From positions 1-52,777 of the forward strand of contig JANMSR010000254.1 in the NCBI GenBank assembly GCA_031389565.1: 52,777 nt of DNA. The letters run 5' to 3'. The notes under the pieces were generated by a model. That model saw only the letters and a program-made list of their open reading frames with translations. It did no database searches and had not been told where the DNA came from. The position numbers and the translations under genes were made by a program. This document shows positions 10,463 to 20,374 of the stretch, piece by piece; position 1 is the stretch's first letter, and every line of letters starts with the position of its first letter. This DNA is from Burkholderiales bacterium. Its GTDB lineage: Bacteria; Pseudomonadota; Gammaproteobacteria; Burkholderiales; Burkholderiaceae_C.

Positions 10463-11617
10463 ATGATTCGAAGCCACGCCAGCCGCCTCGCCACGACCGC
10501 CTTTGCCAGCAGCCTGCTGCTGGCCGTCGGCAGCGTGTGCGCGGCCACCTACCCGGTTTCGCCGCAACAGCGCGGTACCGCGCAACAGGTGGCGCAAACC
10601 GGCGTGCCGCTCTCGGAGCTGGCGCCCAACGCGCCTGACTCGCACACCGTCAAGCGTGGTGACACGCTTTGGGACATCGCCAAGATTTTCCTCAAGAGCC
10701 CCTGGCGCTGGCCCGAGTTGTGGGGCATGAACCTCGACCAGATCCGCAACCCGCACCTGATTTACCCTGGCCAGGTGCTGGTGCTCGACAAGTCCGGCGG
10801 CCGCGCCCGCCTGCGCCTGGCGCAGGGCGGACCCGACGGCACGGTCAAGTTGAGCCCGCGCGTGCGCAGCGAGGCGCTCGGCGACGGCGGTGTGCCGGCG
10901 GTGCAGTTGCATCTGATCGCACCCTTCCTCAACGAGGCGGTGGTGTTCAGCGCCAACGAGCTCGAGCGCGCGCCGCGCGTGGTCGCGGCCCCCGACGGCC
11001 GCGTGATGATCGGCCGTGGCGACAAGGCCTACGTGCTCGGCGATCTCGGTGGCCTGCGCGACTGGCGTGTGTTCCGTCAGGCCGTGCCGCTGCGCGACCC
11101 GACCACCAAGGAAATCCTCGGCTACGAAGCGCGCTTCCTCGGCACCGCCGAATACACCCGCGAGGGCGGCAGCACGGCCACCGCCGACGGCAAGTCCTCG
11201 TTGGCGGTGCCGGCCACGTTCGAGTTGGTCAGCGTGAAGGAAGAAGTCGGTGTGGGCGACCGGTTGGCCCCCGTGCCGCCGCGCGACTTCAGCAACTTCA
11301 TGCCGCACGCGCCGGGCAAACCGATTGCCGGCCAGATCATTTCCGTCTACGGCGAAGCCCTGATCGCGGGCCAAAACCAGGTGGTCGCTATCAACCGTGG
11401 CGCGCTCGACGGCGTCGAACGCGGCCACGTCCTGGCGGTGTTGCGCGACGGCGTGCAAGTGACCGACCGCACCGGTGATCGGCCGACACAGATCAAGCTG
11501 CCCGATGAGCGGCACGGCATGCTGTTTGTGTTTCGCGTCTTCGAGCGCGTGTCCTACGGCCTGATCCTGCAGGCGCAGCAACCGGTCACCGCAGGCGACC
11601 GCTTCACCCAGCCCTGA
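10463..11617 (+). CDS. LysM peptidoglycan-binding domain-containing secreted protein
   Basis: Signal peptide MIRSHASRLATTAFASSLLLAVGSVCA. LysM segment HTVKRGDTLWDIAKIFLKSPWRWPELW. It sits upstream of dprA, as in many beta/gammaproteobacteria. Confidence 0.85.
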   Translation: MIRSHASRLATTAFASSLLLAVGSVCAATYPVSPQQRGTAQQVAQTGVPLSELAPNAPDSHTVKRGDTLWDIAKIFLKSPWRWPELWGMNLDQIRNPHLIYPGQVLVLDKSGGRARLRLAQGGPDGTVKLSPRVRSEALGDGGVPAVQLHLIAPFLNEAVVFSANELERAPRVVAAPDGRVMIGRGDKAYVLGDLGGLRDWRVFRQAVPLRDPTTKEILGYEARFLGTAEYTREGGSTATADGKSSLAVPATFELVSVKEEVGVGDRLAPVPPRDFSNFMPHAPGKPIAGQIISVYGEALIAGQNQVVAINRGALDGVERGHVLAVLRDGVQVTDRTGDRPTQIKLPDERHGMLFVFRVFERVSYGLILQAQQPVTAGDRFTQP

Positions 11618-11652
11618 GCCGAACCGCGCGCCATCGACCCGAGCGCGCCAGG

Positions 11653-12744
11653 GTGGCCCGTCCAGACGATCTTGCGGCTTGGCTGCGCCTGCTGCGAACG
11701 CCGGGCATTGGCCGCGAGTCCGCCCGCCGGCTGCTCGGTAGCTGCGGTTCGCCCGAAGCGGTGTTCGCGGCCCGACCGGTCACGCTGCGAGAACTGCTCG
11801 GCCCAGCGTTGGCCGCCGCACTGGCGACCGAGCCCGAGCGCCATGCCGAACAGCTCGCCAGCACAGAGGCCTGGCTCGACGCTGACGCGACGCACCATGT
11901 ACTGACGCTCGGGGTTGCCGATTTCCCCGCACTGTTGCTCGAAACCGCCGACCCGCCGCTGCTGTTGTACGCCCAGGGCCGGCTCGACCTGCTCGGCGCG
12001 CCGGCCCTGGCGATCGTGGGCAGCCGCAACCCGAGCGCGCAGGGTGTCGACAACGCTCGCGCGTTCGCCGAGCACTTGAGCCATGCCGGCGTGAGCATCG
12101 TTTCGGGCCTGGCGCTGGGAATCGACGGCGCGGCTCACGAGGGCGGTCTGGCCGGCCGCGGCAGCACGATCGCGGTGCTGGGCACGGGGCTGGACCGCAT
12201 CTACCCGGCGCGCCACCGTGCCCTCGCGCACCGCATCGCCACGGACGGTTTGCTGTTGTCGGAGTTCGAACTCGGGATGCCGCCGTTGCAGCAAAACTTT
12301 CCGCAGCGCAACCGCTTGATCGCCGGGTTGTCGCGCGGCACGCTGGTGGTCGAGGCCGCTTTGCCCTCGGGGTCATTGATCACCGCGCGCCAGGCCCTCG
12401 AAGCCGGGCGCGAGGTGTTTGCGATTCCCGGCTCGATCCATTCGCCGCAGTCGCGGGGCTGCCACGCGCTGATCAAGCAGGGCGCCAAGCTGGTCGACTC
12501 GGCCGCCGACATCCTCGGCGAGTTGAACTGGGCAGCGCCCGCCGCCGCCGCGACCGCCACCGAACCGGCGCAGGGCGACGCCCTGCTCGCCGCCCTCGGC
12601 CACGACCCGGCCACACTGGATGCGCTGCTCGCCCGCACGGGCGAAAGCGCAGCGACTGTCAACGCCCGCCTGCTCGAACTCGAACTCGACGGCCGCGTCG
12701 CACGCCTGCCGGGGGGCCTGTACCAGCGCCGGGGCAACGGGTAA
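11653..12744 (+). CDS. dprA: DNA-processing protein DprA
   Basis: 363 aa with a GTG start. Motifs seen: VSGLALGIDGAAHEG and SGSLITAR. It has a C-terminal winged-helix-like tail. Confidence 0.9.
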   Translation: MARPDDLAAWLRLLRTPGIGRESARRLLGSCGSPEAVFAARPVTLRELLGPALAAALATEPERHAEQLASTEAWLDADATHHVLTLGVADFPALLLETADPPLLLYAQGRLDLLGAPALAIVGSRNPSAQGVDNARAFAEHLSHAGVSIVSGLALGIDGAAHEGGLAGRGSTIAVLGTGLDRIYPARHRALAHRIATDGLLLSEFELGMPPLQQNFPQRNRLIAGLSRGTLVVEAALPSGSLITARQALEAGREVFAIPGSIHSPQSRGCHALIKQGAKLVDSAADILGELNWAAPAAAATATEPAQGDALLAALGHDPATLDALLARTGESAATVNARLLELELDGRVARLPGGLYQRRGNG

Positions 12745-12782
12745 CGCCCCAGGGCCAGTACACGCTACGGTATAGTCTTTTC

Positions 12783-13235
12783 ATGTTCGACGTGCTGGTG
12801 TATTTGTACGAAAACTACTGGCGTCCCGACGCCTGCCCTGACCATGCCCAACTGACGCGCAAGTTGTCGGCAGTGGGGTTCGAGAGCGACGAAATCCAGG
12901 AGGCCCTGTCCTGGCTCGACGGCCTGGCCAGCACGGCCGAGGGCTACAGTGGCCAGCAGAGTGCCGACGCGATGCGCGTCTACTCCCCGGCGGAGCAGGA
13001 ACTGCTCGGCGAAGACTCGATCGGCTTTGTCAGTTTCCTCGAATCGGCCGGCGTGCTGCCGCCGCCGATGCGCGAAATGGTGATCGACCGCGCGACCGCG
13101 ATCGGCGCCACCCCGATCGACCTCGACGACTTGAAGGTCATCGTACTGATGGTCTTCTGGAGCCTGGGCGAAGAACCCGACGCGTTGATCCTCGACGAGT
13201 TGTTCGTCGCGCCCGAAGAGCGGCTGATTCACTGA
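12783..13235 (+). CDS. smg: Smg (DUF494) protein
   Basis: 150 aa. The MFDVLVYLYENYW N-terminus is characteristic, and the gene follows dprA. Confidence 0.9.
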   Translation: MFDVLVYLYENYWRPDACPDHAQLTRKLSAVGFESDEIQEALSWLDGLASTAEGYSGQQSADAMRVYSPAEQELLGEDSIGFVSFLESAGVLPPPMREMVIDRATAIGATPIDLDDLKVIVLMVFWSLGEEPDALILDELFVAPEERLIH

Positions 13236-13244
13236 GCCGGCGGC

Positions 13245-15494
13245 TCAGTTCAACAAGCGCGACGGATCCACGTCCAACTTGGCCAACGCCGTGCGCGTGG
13301 CCCGCACCGTCAGCGCTTCGTCCTGCGCCGGCAACAACAAGCCGGCCTGCAGGTAAGACGCCAGCCGGTGCTGCTCGAACAACAGGCAGCGCCCGCTGGC
13401 CGTGACGAACAGCGACAGATGCCGGCGCATGCCTTGCCAGGCCAGTTGCACCGCTTGATTGCGGTCGTTGTACTCGAGCATGTACCAACTGCCGACCTGC
13501 AGCTCGCGGGCCCACGACAGCATCGCCGGCGTGGGCATCGAACCGCCCTCGCCAACCACTTCGAGGTCGCCGCTGTCATCGCCGGAGATGTCGAGCATCA
13601 GGGTCTGGTCGAGCTGCACATCGCTGGCGTCGGGCAACAGTTCTTCCAGCGCTTCGAGCCGCTCGCGCAGCTCTTCGAATCGCTCGGCCGGAATCGCGGC
13701 AGCCTTGGCGCTGAAGGCCGCCGCAAGCGATTCATTGAGCGAGCGCACATGCTCGTCACGCTTGGCCGCCGGCACGCCCGCCGACTCCATGCCATCGCGC
13801 AGTTGCTTCAACAGCGGCGGCAGGCGGCGGATGACATCGGCGCGCTCCTCGCGCGAGACCTTCGCGCCTGCCGACCAGATCAGGTCGGTGGCCGCCTTGC
13901 GCATGGCCTTGGTGGCTTCGGCTTGCGCACCGTGGCGCACGGCCGCCATCGCCAGCACGTCGGCCCAGACCTGGAACAGGAACTGGCGCACGCCCTCCTG
14001 CACCGGCACCTCGTTCAACATCTTGCGCAGCTCGATGGTGTACTGGATGGCCAGCGTCTCGCGCTGCTCGACCTGCTGGGCCAGCGACACGCCGCGCTTG
14101 GTGGCCTCGTTCTCGCTCTTGAAGTAATGCTCGAGGAAGCGCTCGAACTCCGTCAGCACGGTCTGGAACACCCGCCGCCCGGTGTCGGGGTAGGCCTCGA
14201 CGACCTGCACCACGCGCTTGATTTCGCCTTCCAGCGCGTCGCCGACGGCGCGGGCCGAGGCATCGAAACCCATCACGCAGGCGCCCATGCGGTCGATCAA
14301 CCGCCGCGCCGGGTGGTCGACGGTGGCGAAGAAATCCGGTTCGCCGACCGCAACCCGCAGCACCGGCATCTGCAGCCGCGCAAACCACACCCGCACTGTC
14401 GACGGGATGCGCTCCTCGGTCAGGATGCTCTGGAACAGCAACGCGACGATCTCGATGGTGGCACGTTCCACCGGCGTTTCGGCGGCACGCTTCAAGGCCT
14501 GCTTGCGCAGGCTCAATTCTTCGAGCAGTTGCGCCGAGACGGTCGCCGTGGCTGACCCGGCATCGTTGCGATCGATGCGCCGTTGTATGCCCTGCTGGGC
14601 CTGGCCGATCGCCGCGGCCAGCGCCGGCGACACCGTGCGTTGCTGTCCCACGCGCGCGGTCTCGGCGAAAGCCGGCACGTGGCGCTCGATCATGCGGTTC
14701 AGGCGCGACAGCACGGCCATCCCGTTGTCGCTGCCGTGGCCGTGAGCTTCACTGCCGCTCGAGCCGGAGCGCGTCATCAAGCGCGTCTCGTCATGCACCA
14801 GGCCGTGATAGCCGGTGGTGGCACCACTGCGCGAGCGCCGAATCAGGGGCCGCAGGTCGATGTCGGGCAGCACGCGCTGCGACACCAGCCAACTGTTGGC
14901 CTCGTGGTAGGCCTCCTGCACCAGCACGCCGAACTCTTCATGCAACACCGGCTGCAGCTCGCGCACCGCAGAGTCTTCCAGGCCCGCATCGGCCCAGGCC
15001 TGCGTCACGATGCGGGCCAGCACATGCGTGCGCAACAGGTCATGCGGATCGAGCTCTTCCCGGCGCTCGAGCAGCGCCACGCGCGTGCGCAGGTCGTTGA
15101 ATTCCCAGTTGGCGCGGTCCATGATGGCCAGCGCCAGACGCGAGGTGACGATCTCGCGCTCGATGGTTTGGTCATCGACCAGCGACAGCTTCTGGGTCGG
15201 GCCGCCCATGTCGGTGGTGCGCGAAGCCGACACGCCGTGGCGCAAGGCTTCCTGCAACGCGGCAACGATGGCCTGGTGCCAGGCCATGCCGTGCAGCTTG
15301 AGCGCAATCGCGGTGTCGCGCAGCCGGCCGACGATGCCCGGCTCGGCTGCGGCCGCCGCGGCGGTCATGCGCTCAGGTGCCACGGCCCAGGTGGCCACGG
15401 CGCTGACCAGCGCCGGCAGGCCTTTGACCAACTCTTCCGTGTAGAGGCGGCGCGCCTGGTAGGCCAGGCTGGCTTGGTCGCCGACGGTCGCCAT
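13245..15494 (-). CDS. Large conserved cytoplasmic protein, DUF1631-like
   Basis: 749-aa ORF with coding-like composition throughout. The family name comes from recollection of its size and sequence character, not from a search. Confidence 0.6.
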   Translation of the reverse strand: MATVGDQASLAYQARRLYTEELVKGLPALVSAVATWAVAPERMTAAAAAAEPGIVGRLRDTAIALKLHGMAWHQAIVAALQEALRHGVSASRTTDMGGPTQKLSLVDDQTIEREIVTSRLALAIMDRANWEFNDLRTRVALLERREELDPHDLLRTHVLARIVTQAWADAGLEDSAVRELQPVLHEEFGVLVQEAYHEANSWLVSQRVLPDIDLRPLIRRSRSGATTGYHGLVHDETRLMTRSGSSGSEAHGHGSDNGMAVLSRLNRMIERHVPAFAETARVGQQRTVSPALAAAIGQAQQGIQRRIDRNDAGSATATVSAQLLEELSLRKQALKRAAETPVERATIEIVALLFQSILTEERIPSTVRVWFARLQMPVLRVAVGEPDFFATVDHPARRLIDRMGACVMGFDASARAVGDALEGEIKRVVQVVEAYPDTGRRVFQTVLTEFERFLEHYFKSENEATKRGVSLAQQVEQRETLAIQYTIELRKMLNEVPVQEGVRQFLFQVWADVLAMAAVRHGAQAEATKAMRKAATDLIWSAGAKVSREERADVIRRLPPLLKQLRDGMESAGVPAAKRDEHVRSLNESLAAAFSAKAAAIPAERFEELRERLEALEELLPDASDVQLDQTLMLDISGDDSGDLEVVGEGGSMPTPAMLSWARELQVGSWYMLEYNDRNQAVQLAWQGMRRHLSLFVTASGRCLLFEQHRLASYLQAGLLLPAQDEALTVRATRTALAKLDVDPSRLLN

Positions 15495-15553
15495 AGGGGA
15501 TCGGTTGAACCTTCGTTCGGGGGTCTGGCGACTCTACACCAGCGTCTGCGAAA

Positions 15554-16588
15554 TCAGACCACGGCGCCTGCGTTCGGGTCGTTCGGGTCGCCGTCCTTTG
15601 CGGACAGTTTCACGAGGTCCTCGCGCTTGACGCCGAGCCACATCACGATCGCCGCGGCCACGAACACCGACGAGTAGACGCCGAACAGGATGCCGATGGT
15701 CAGCGCCAGTGCAAAGTAGTGCAGCGTCGGACCACCGAAGATCAACATCGACACCACCATCATCAGCGTGCTGCCGTGGGTGATGATGGTGCGGCTGATG
15801 GTGCTGGTGATGGCGTGGTCGATAACCTCGCGCGTGTTCAGCTTGCGGAACTTGCGGAACGCTTCGCGCACCCGGTCGAAGATGACCACCGATTCGTTGA
15901 CCGAGTAGCCGAGCACGGCCAGCACCGCGGCCAGCACCGCCAGCGAGAACTCCCACTGGAAGAAAGCGAAGAAGCCCAGGATGATGATCACGTCGTGCAG
16001 GTTGGCCACGATGCCCGCGACCGAGAACTTCCACTCGAAGCGGAAGGCCAGATACAGCATGATGCCGGCCACAGTCACGGCCAGCGCCTTGACGCCGTCC
16101 CACTTCAGCTCTTCGCCGACCGAGGGCCCGACGAACTCGGTGCGTGACAGCTTCAGCGGCTCGGCGCCGGTGGTCGTGCTGCACGAAGGCCGGCTGACCT
16201 GCTCGCCCTGCGGCGTGGTGTATTGCTTGGTCGTGACCGTGCCCGATTCGGCCTTGCACAGCGCGTTGAGCACGCGGCTGGCCAATTCGCTCTGCTTGGC
16301 GTCACCCCGTAGCGGCAGGCGGATCAACACATCGTGCGAGGTACCGAAATTCTGCACCTGGACTTCGCCCAGACCGAGGCTGTCGACCGCGGTGCGCGTC
16401 TTGCCCAGGTCGGCGGCGGCCACGTACTCGACCTCCATCACCGTGCCGCCGGTGAATTCGACCGACAGGTGCAGGCCGCGTGTGGCCAGGAAGAACACGG
16501 CGGCAGCGAAGGTGAGGAACGAGATCGCGTTCAGCACCAGCGCATGGCGCATGAACGGGATATCGCGGCGGATTCTGAAAAACTCCAT
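15554..16588 (-). CDS. secF: Protein translocase subunit SecF
   Basis: 344 aa. Starts MEFFRIRRDIPFM, with a six-TM pattern and an SD (AAGGAG) 5 nt upstream. Confidence 0.95.
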   Translation of the reverse strand: MEFFRIRRDIPFMRHALVLNAISFLTFAAAVFFLATRGLHLSVEFTGGTVMEVEYVAAADLGKTRTAVDSLGLGEVQVQNFGTSHDVLIRLPLRGDAKQSELASRVLNALCKAESGTVTTKQYTTPQGEQVSRPSCSTTTGAEPLKLSRTEFVGPSVGEELKWDGVKALAVTVAGIMLYLAFRFEWKFSVAGIVANLHDVIIILGFFAFFQWEFSLAVLAAVLAVLGYSVNESVVIFDRVREAFRKFRKLNTREVIDHAITSTISRTIITHGSTLMMVVSMLIFGGPTLHYFALALTIGILFGVYSSVFVAAAIVMWLGVKREDLVKLSAKDGDPNDPNAGAVV

Positions 16589-16683
16589 CTGAACTCCTTG
16601 TCAATTCAATGGAGTTTTGAGGAAGGCTCATTTGCGCGAAGCGCAAGTGACGACTTCACCAAAAATTCCATGCGGCTCGCTCC

Positions 16684-18564
16684 TCAGGCTTCCGCTGCCG
16701 GTTTGACGCCGTCGGGGCGCCAGACCTGGCCGATCGACACGCCCTTCAACTTCTTCTGCCGGCCGTACCAGAGGTTGACCAGGCCGCGCGAGAAGACCAC
16801 CGCCGAGAACATCGAGGTCAGGATGCCCAGGCAGTGCACCACCGCGAAGCCGCGCACCGGGCCCGAGCCGAAGGCCAGCAGGGCCACGCCGGCGATCAGG
16901 GTGGTGACGTTGGAATCGAGGATCGTGCCCCAGGCGCGTTCGTAGCCGGTGGCGATCGCCGTCTGCGGGCTGGCGCCGCCCCGCAGCTCCTCGCGCACGC
17001 GTTCGTTGATCAGCACGTTGGAGTCGATGGCCATGCCCAGCGCCAGTGCGATTGCGGCGATGCCCGGCAGCGTCAACGTGGCCTGTAGCATCGACAGCAC
17101 CGCGATCAACAGCAGCAGATTGAAGGCCAGCGCGATGGTCGAGAACACCCCGAACAGCAGGTAGTACAGGCACATGAACACGGCGATGGCCGAGAAGCCG
17201 TAGATCACGCTGGCAAAGCCGAGCTTGATGTTTTCGGCGCCCAGGCTGGGGCCGATGGTGCGCTCCTCGATGATCTCCATCGGCGCGGCCAGCGAGCCGG
17301 CGCGCAGCAGCAGCGCCGTGTCGGCGGCCTCGACGCTGGTCATGCGACCGGAGATCTGGAACCGCGAACCCAGCTCACCGCGGATCACCGGCGCGGTCAC
17401 GACCTCGCCCTTGCCCTTTTCGAACAACAGGATCGCCATCCGCTTGCCGACGTTGTCGCGCGAGACGTCGCGCATGATGCGCGCGCCCTTGGCGTCCACC
17501 GTCAGGTGCACCGCCGGCTCGTTGGCATTCTGGCCGTCGAAACCCGGCTGCGCGTCGGTCAGGCTGTCGCCGGTCAGGATCACCTGGCGTTTGACGATCA
17601 AGGGCGCGCCGCCGCGCTCGACATAGCGCTCGGTGCCCAAGGGCACCGGCCCGGAGCCGACCGCCGCCGCCGCGGCCTCGGCGCTGTCGTCGACCATGCG
17701 CAACTCGAGCGTTGCCGTGCGGCCGATGATGTCCTTGGCCTTGGCCGTGTCCTGCACGCCGGGCAGTTGCACCACCACCCGGTCGGCACCCTGCTGCTGA
17801 ATCACCGGTTCGGCCACGCCGAGTTCGTTGACGCGGTTGTGCAACGTGGTGATGTTCTGCTTGAGCGCCTGGTCCTGCGTCGCGCGCGCGGCCTGCGGCT
17901 TCAACGCGCCGGCCAGCTTGAAGCCGTCGCCGTCGGCCGTCTCGGTCCACACCAGATCGGCCAGTTGCTCATTGAGCAGGTTCTTCGCTGCGTCGAGCGC
18001 GGTTTTGTCGCGAAAGCGCACCTCGACCGTGTTGCCATCGCGCGCGATGCCGGCGTGGCGGATGTTCTTGTCGCGCAGCAAGGTGCGCAGGTCACCGGTC
18101 AGCGCTTCGGCCTTCTTGGTCAGCGCCGCCTTCATGTCGACCTGCATCAGGAAATGCACGCCGCCGCGCAGATCCAGGCCCAGGTACATCGGCAGTGCGC
18201 GCAGCCTGGCCAGCCACAAGGGCGAGCGCGACACCAGGTTCAGCGCGACGATGTACTGGGCGTCGCTTGCGTCCGGATTCAGCGCCTTGGCGATCGTGTC
18301 CTTGGCCTTGATCTGCGTGTCGGTGTCGATGAATCGCGCTCGCACCGAGGTGCCTTCGAGGGCCACAAAGTCGGCGTTCACGCCTGCGGCCTGGAGCGCG
18401 TCGCGCACGCGGCCGACCAGTGCCGGCTCGACCTTCACGGTGGCCTTGCCCGACGACACCTGCACCGCAGGCGCCTCGCCGAAGAAGTTGGGCGCCGTGT
18501 ACAGCAGGCCGATCAACAACGCGACGACGAGCATCGCGTACTTCCACCACGGGTAGCGGTTCAT
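16684..18564 (-). CDS. secD: Protein translocase subunit SecD
   Basis: 626 aa. Starts MNRYPWWKY, with a large periplasmic domain and a C-terminal six-TM domain. Confidence 0.95.
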   Translation of the reverse strand: MNRYPWWKYAMLVVALLIGLLYTAPNFFGEAPAVQVSSGKATVKVEPALVGRVRDALQAAGVNADFVALEGTSVRARFIDTDTQIKAKDTIAKALNPDASDAQYIVALNLVSRSPLWLARLRALPMYLGLDLRGGVHFLMQVDMKAALTKKAEALTGDLRTLLRDKNIRHAGIARDGNTVEVRFRDKTALDAAKNLLNEQLADLVWTETADGDGFKLAGALKPQAARATQDQALKQNITTLHNRVNELGVAEPVIQQQGADRVVVQLPGVQDTAKAKDIIGRTATLELRMVDDSAEAAAAAVGSGPVPLGTERYVERGGAPLIVKRQVILTGDSLTDAQPGFDGQNANEPAVHLTVDAKGARIMRDVSRDNVGKRMAILLFEKGKGEVVTAPVIRGELGSRFQISGRMTSVEAADTALLLRAGSLAAPMEIIEERTIGPSLGAENIKLGFASVIYGFSAIAVFMCLYYLLFGVFSTIALAFNLLLLIAVLSMLQATLTLPGIAAIALALGMAIDSNVLINERVREELRGGASPQTAIATGYERAWGTILDSNVTTLIAGVALLAFGSGPVRGFAVVHCLGILTSMFSAVVFSRGLVNLWYGRQKKLKGVSIGQVWRPDGVKPAAEA

Positions 18565-18609
18565 GGAGCGGCAACTTTCGCGGCGCGCAAGGTGCAGCGC
18601 CGCAGCGGA

Positions 18610-18942
18610 TTACTTGAAGGTGCCCTTGGGCAGCACCTGGATGATGGCCGAGCGCTGCACCTGCACCTCGACATTGGCGGCGATTTCGATCGAGACATAG
18701 GTCTCGCCGAGCTTGGCCACCCGCCCGAGCATGCCGCCGCCGATCACGACCTCGTCGCCCTTGGCGATGGCCTCGACCATCGCCTTGTGTTCCTTCTGCC
18801 GCTTCATCTGCGGCCGAATCATGATGAAGTACAGCTCCACGAACATCAGCACCAGGGGCAGCAGGCTGAACAAGGTGGATTCGGTACTGGTGCCGCCGGC
18901 GGCGGCCGGCGCGGTCTGGGCAAAGGCTTGGGAGATGAACAC
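18610..18942 (-). CDS. yajC: Preprotein translocase subunit YajC
   Basis: 110 aa with a single TM. Motifs seen: IMIRPQMKRQKEHKAM and GDEVVIGGGMLGRV. Confidence 0.93.
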   Translation of the reverse strand: MFISQAFAQTAPAAAGGTSTESTLFSLLPLVLMFVELYFIMIRPQMKRQKEHKAMVEAIAKGDEVVIGGGMLGRVAKLGETYVSIEIAANVEVQVQRSAIIQVLPKGTFK

Positions 18943-19121
18943 GTCGACGGTCCTGTGGGTGATGAGCCGCTGCAGAGGCGGCCCGGGCCTCGCAATCCAA
19001 GTCTCCAGGGATTCGAGGCAGGGAAACCTGCATCGCCGCGGGGTGGGCGGGCATGCGCAAGGCGGCGGATTCTAGTCGATCGGCCCCAGTTCGCCCCGCC
19101 CGCTAGGATCGCAGCCTGCCC

Positions 19122-20342
19122 ATGAAGCCCCGCGCGTCCCTTCACATCGCCGTCATCGGCGCCGGCCCGGTCGGCCTGGCCCTGGCCCTGCTGGCCGCGC
19201 GCACGCTGCCCACGGTGCAGATCAGCCTGTTCGACACCCGGCCGGCCGACCACGACGTGTCGGCCGACGCACGCACGCTGGCGCTCTCGCTGGGCAGCAT
19301 CCAGTTGCTCGAGCGCGTCGGCGCCTGGGACGCTGCGCGGGCCGAGCCAATTCGCGAAGTCTCGGTCTCGCAGCAGGGGCCGGCGCTGGCCGTGCCCGCC
19401 TGGCTCGGCACGCCCGCAGTGCGCCTGTCCGCGGCCGAGCTGGGCGTGTCGATGCTCGGGGCCGTGCTCGGCTATGGCGCGCTGGTGGTGCCGATGCAGC
19501 GCACCTGGGACGCCGTCGCCGCCGCCGAGCCGGCCCGCCTGCACAGCCGCTTCGGCGCGCCGGTGGCTGCCCTGAAAGACCTGCCCGACGGCGTCGAAGT
19601 CGATGCCGGCGTGGCCGAACGCTTCGACCTCGCCGTGGTGGCCGAAGGCGGCGTGTTTGGCGGTGACAAGCTCACCGACATCACACACGACTACCAGCAG
19701 AACGGCTGGGTCGGCACAGTCACGCTCGAAGACGGTACGCCCGGCCTGGCCGTCGAACGCTTCACCCGCGATGGCCCTGCCGCGCTGCTGCCGTTACCGC
19801 GCAGCGCCGATGGCGCGCGGCGTGCAGCGCTGGTCTGGTGCGTTCCGCGCGACGACGACCCGGTGCGCGAACTCGACGACGCGCAGCGCCTGGCCGTGCT
19901 GGGCACTATCTTCGATCCCGGCGTCGGCCGCATCACCGCGGTCTCGGCACTGAAGTGTTTTCCGCTCGGCCTGGCCGCGCAGCGCAGCCTCGTGCGCGGC
20001 CGCCAGGTGCGCATCGGCAACGCCGCGCAAACGCTGCACCCGGTGGCCGGCCAGGGCCTCAACCTCGGCCTGCGCGACGCGTTCGCACTGGCCACCGCAC
20101 TGCGCGACGCGGTCGATACCAGCCGTGCCGCGCCGGATCTCGACCGGGCGCTGTCGCGCGTGGCCTGGCAGCGCTCCCCCGACCGCTGGATGATGATCGC
20201 GGCCACCGATTTCCTGGCCCGCAGCTTCACCTGGCAAACGCCCGGCCTGGCCACGCTGCGCGGCGCCGGCATGGCGATTCTGGAGCGTCTGCCGCTGCTG
20301 AAGAACGCCCTGGCGCGACGGATGATGTTCGGCTCGCGATAG
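19122..20342 (+). CDS. FAD-dependent monooxygenase, UbiH/UbiF/VisC/COQ6 family
   Basis: 406 aa. IAVIGAGPVGLALA dinucleotide-binding fold and the GNAAQTLHPVAGQGLNLGLRD FAD motif. Confidence 0.85.
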   Translation: MKPRASLHIAVIGAGPVGLALALLAARTLPTVQISLFDTRPADHDVSADARTLALSLGSIQLLERVGAWDAARAEPIREVSVSQQGPALAVPAWLGTPAVRLSAAELGVSMLGAVLGYGALVVPMQRTWDAVAAAEPARLHSRFGAPVAALKDLPDGVEVDAGVAERFDLAVVAEGGVFGGDKLTDITHDYQQNGWVGTVTLEDGTPGLAVERFTRDGPAALLPLPRSADGARRAALVWCVPRDDDPVRELDDAQRLAVLGTIFDPGVGRITAVSALKCFPLGLAAQRSLVRGRQVRIGNAAQTLHPVAGQGLNLGLRDAFALATALRDAVDTSRAAPDLDRALSRVAWQRSPDRWMMIAATDFLARSFTWQTPGLATLRGAGMAILERLPLLKNALARRMMFGSR

Positions 20343-20374
20343 CCCGGCCTGCCCCATGCAGCGCAGCCGTCAGC

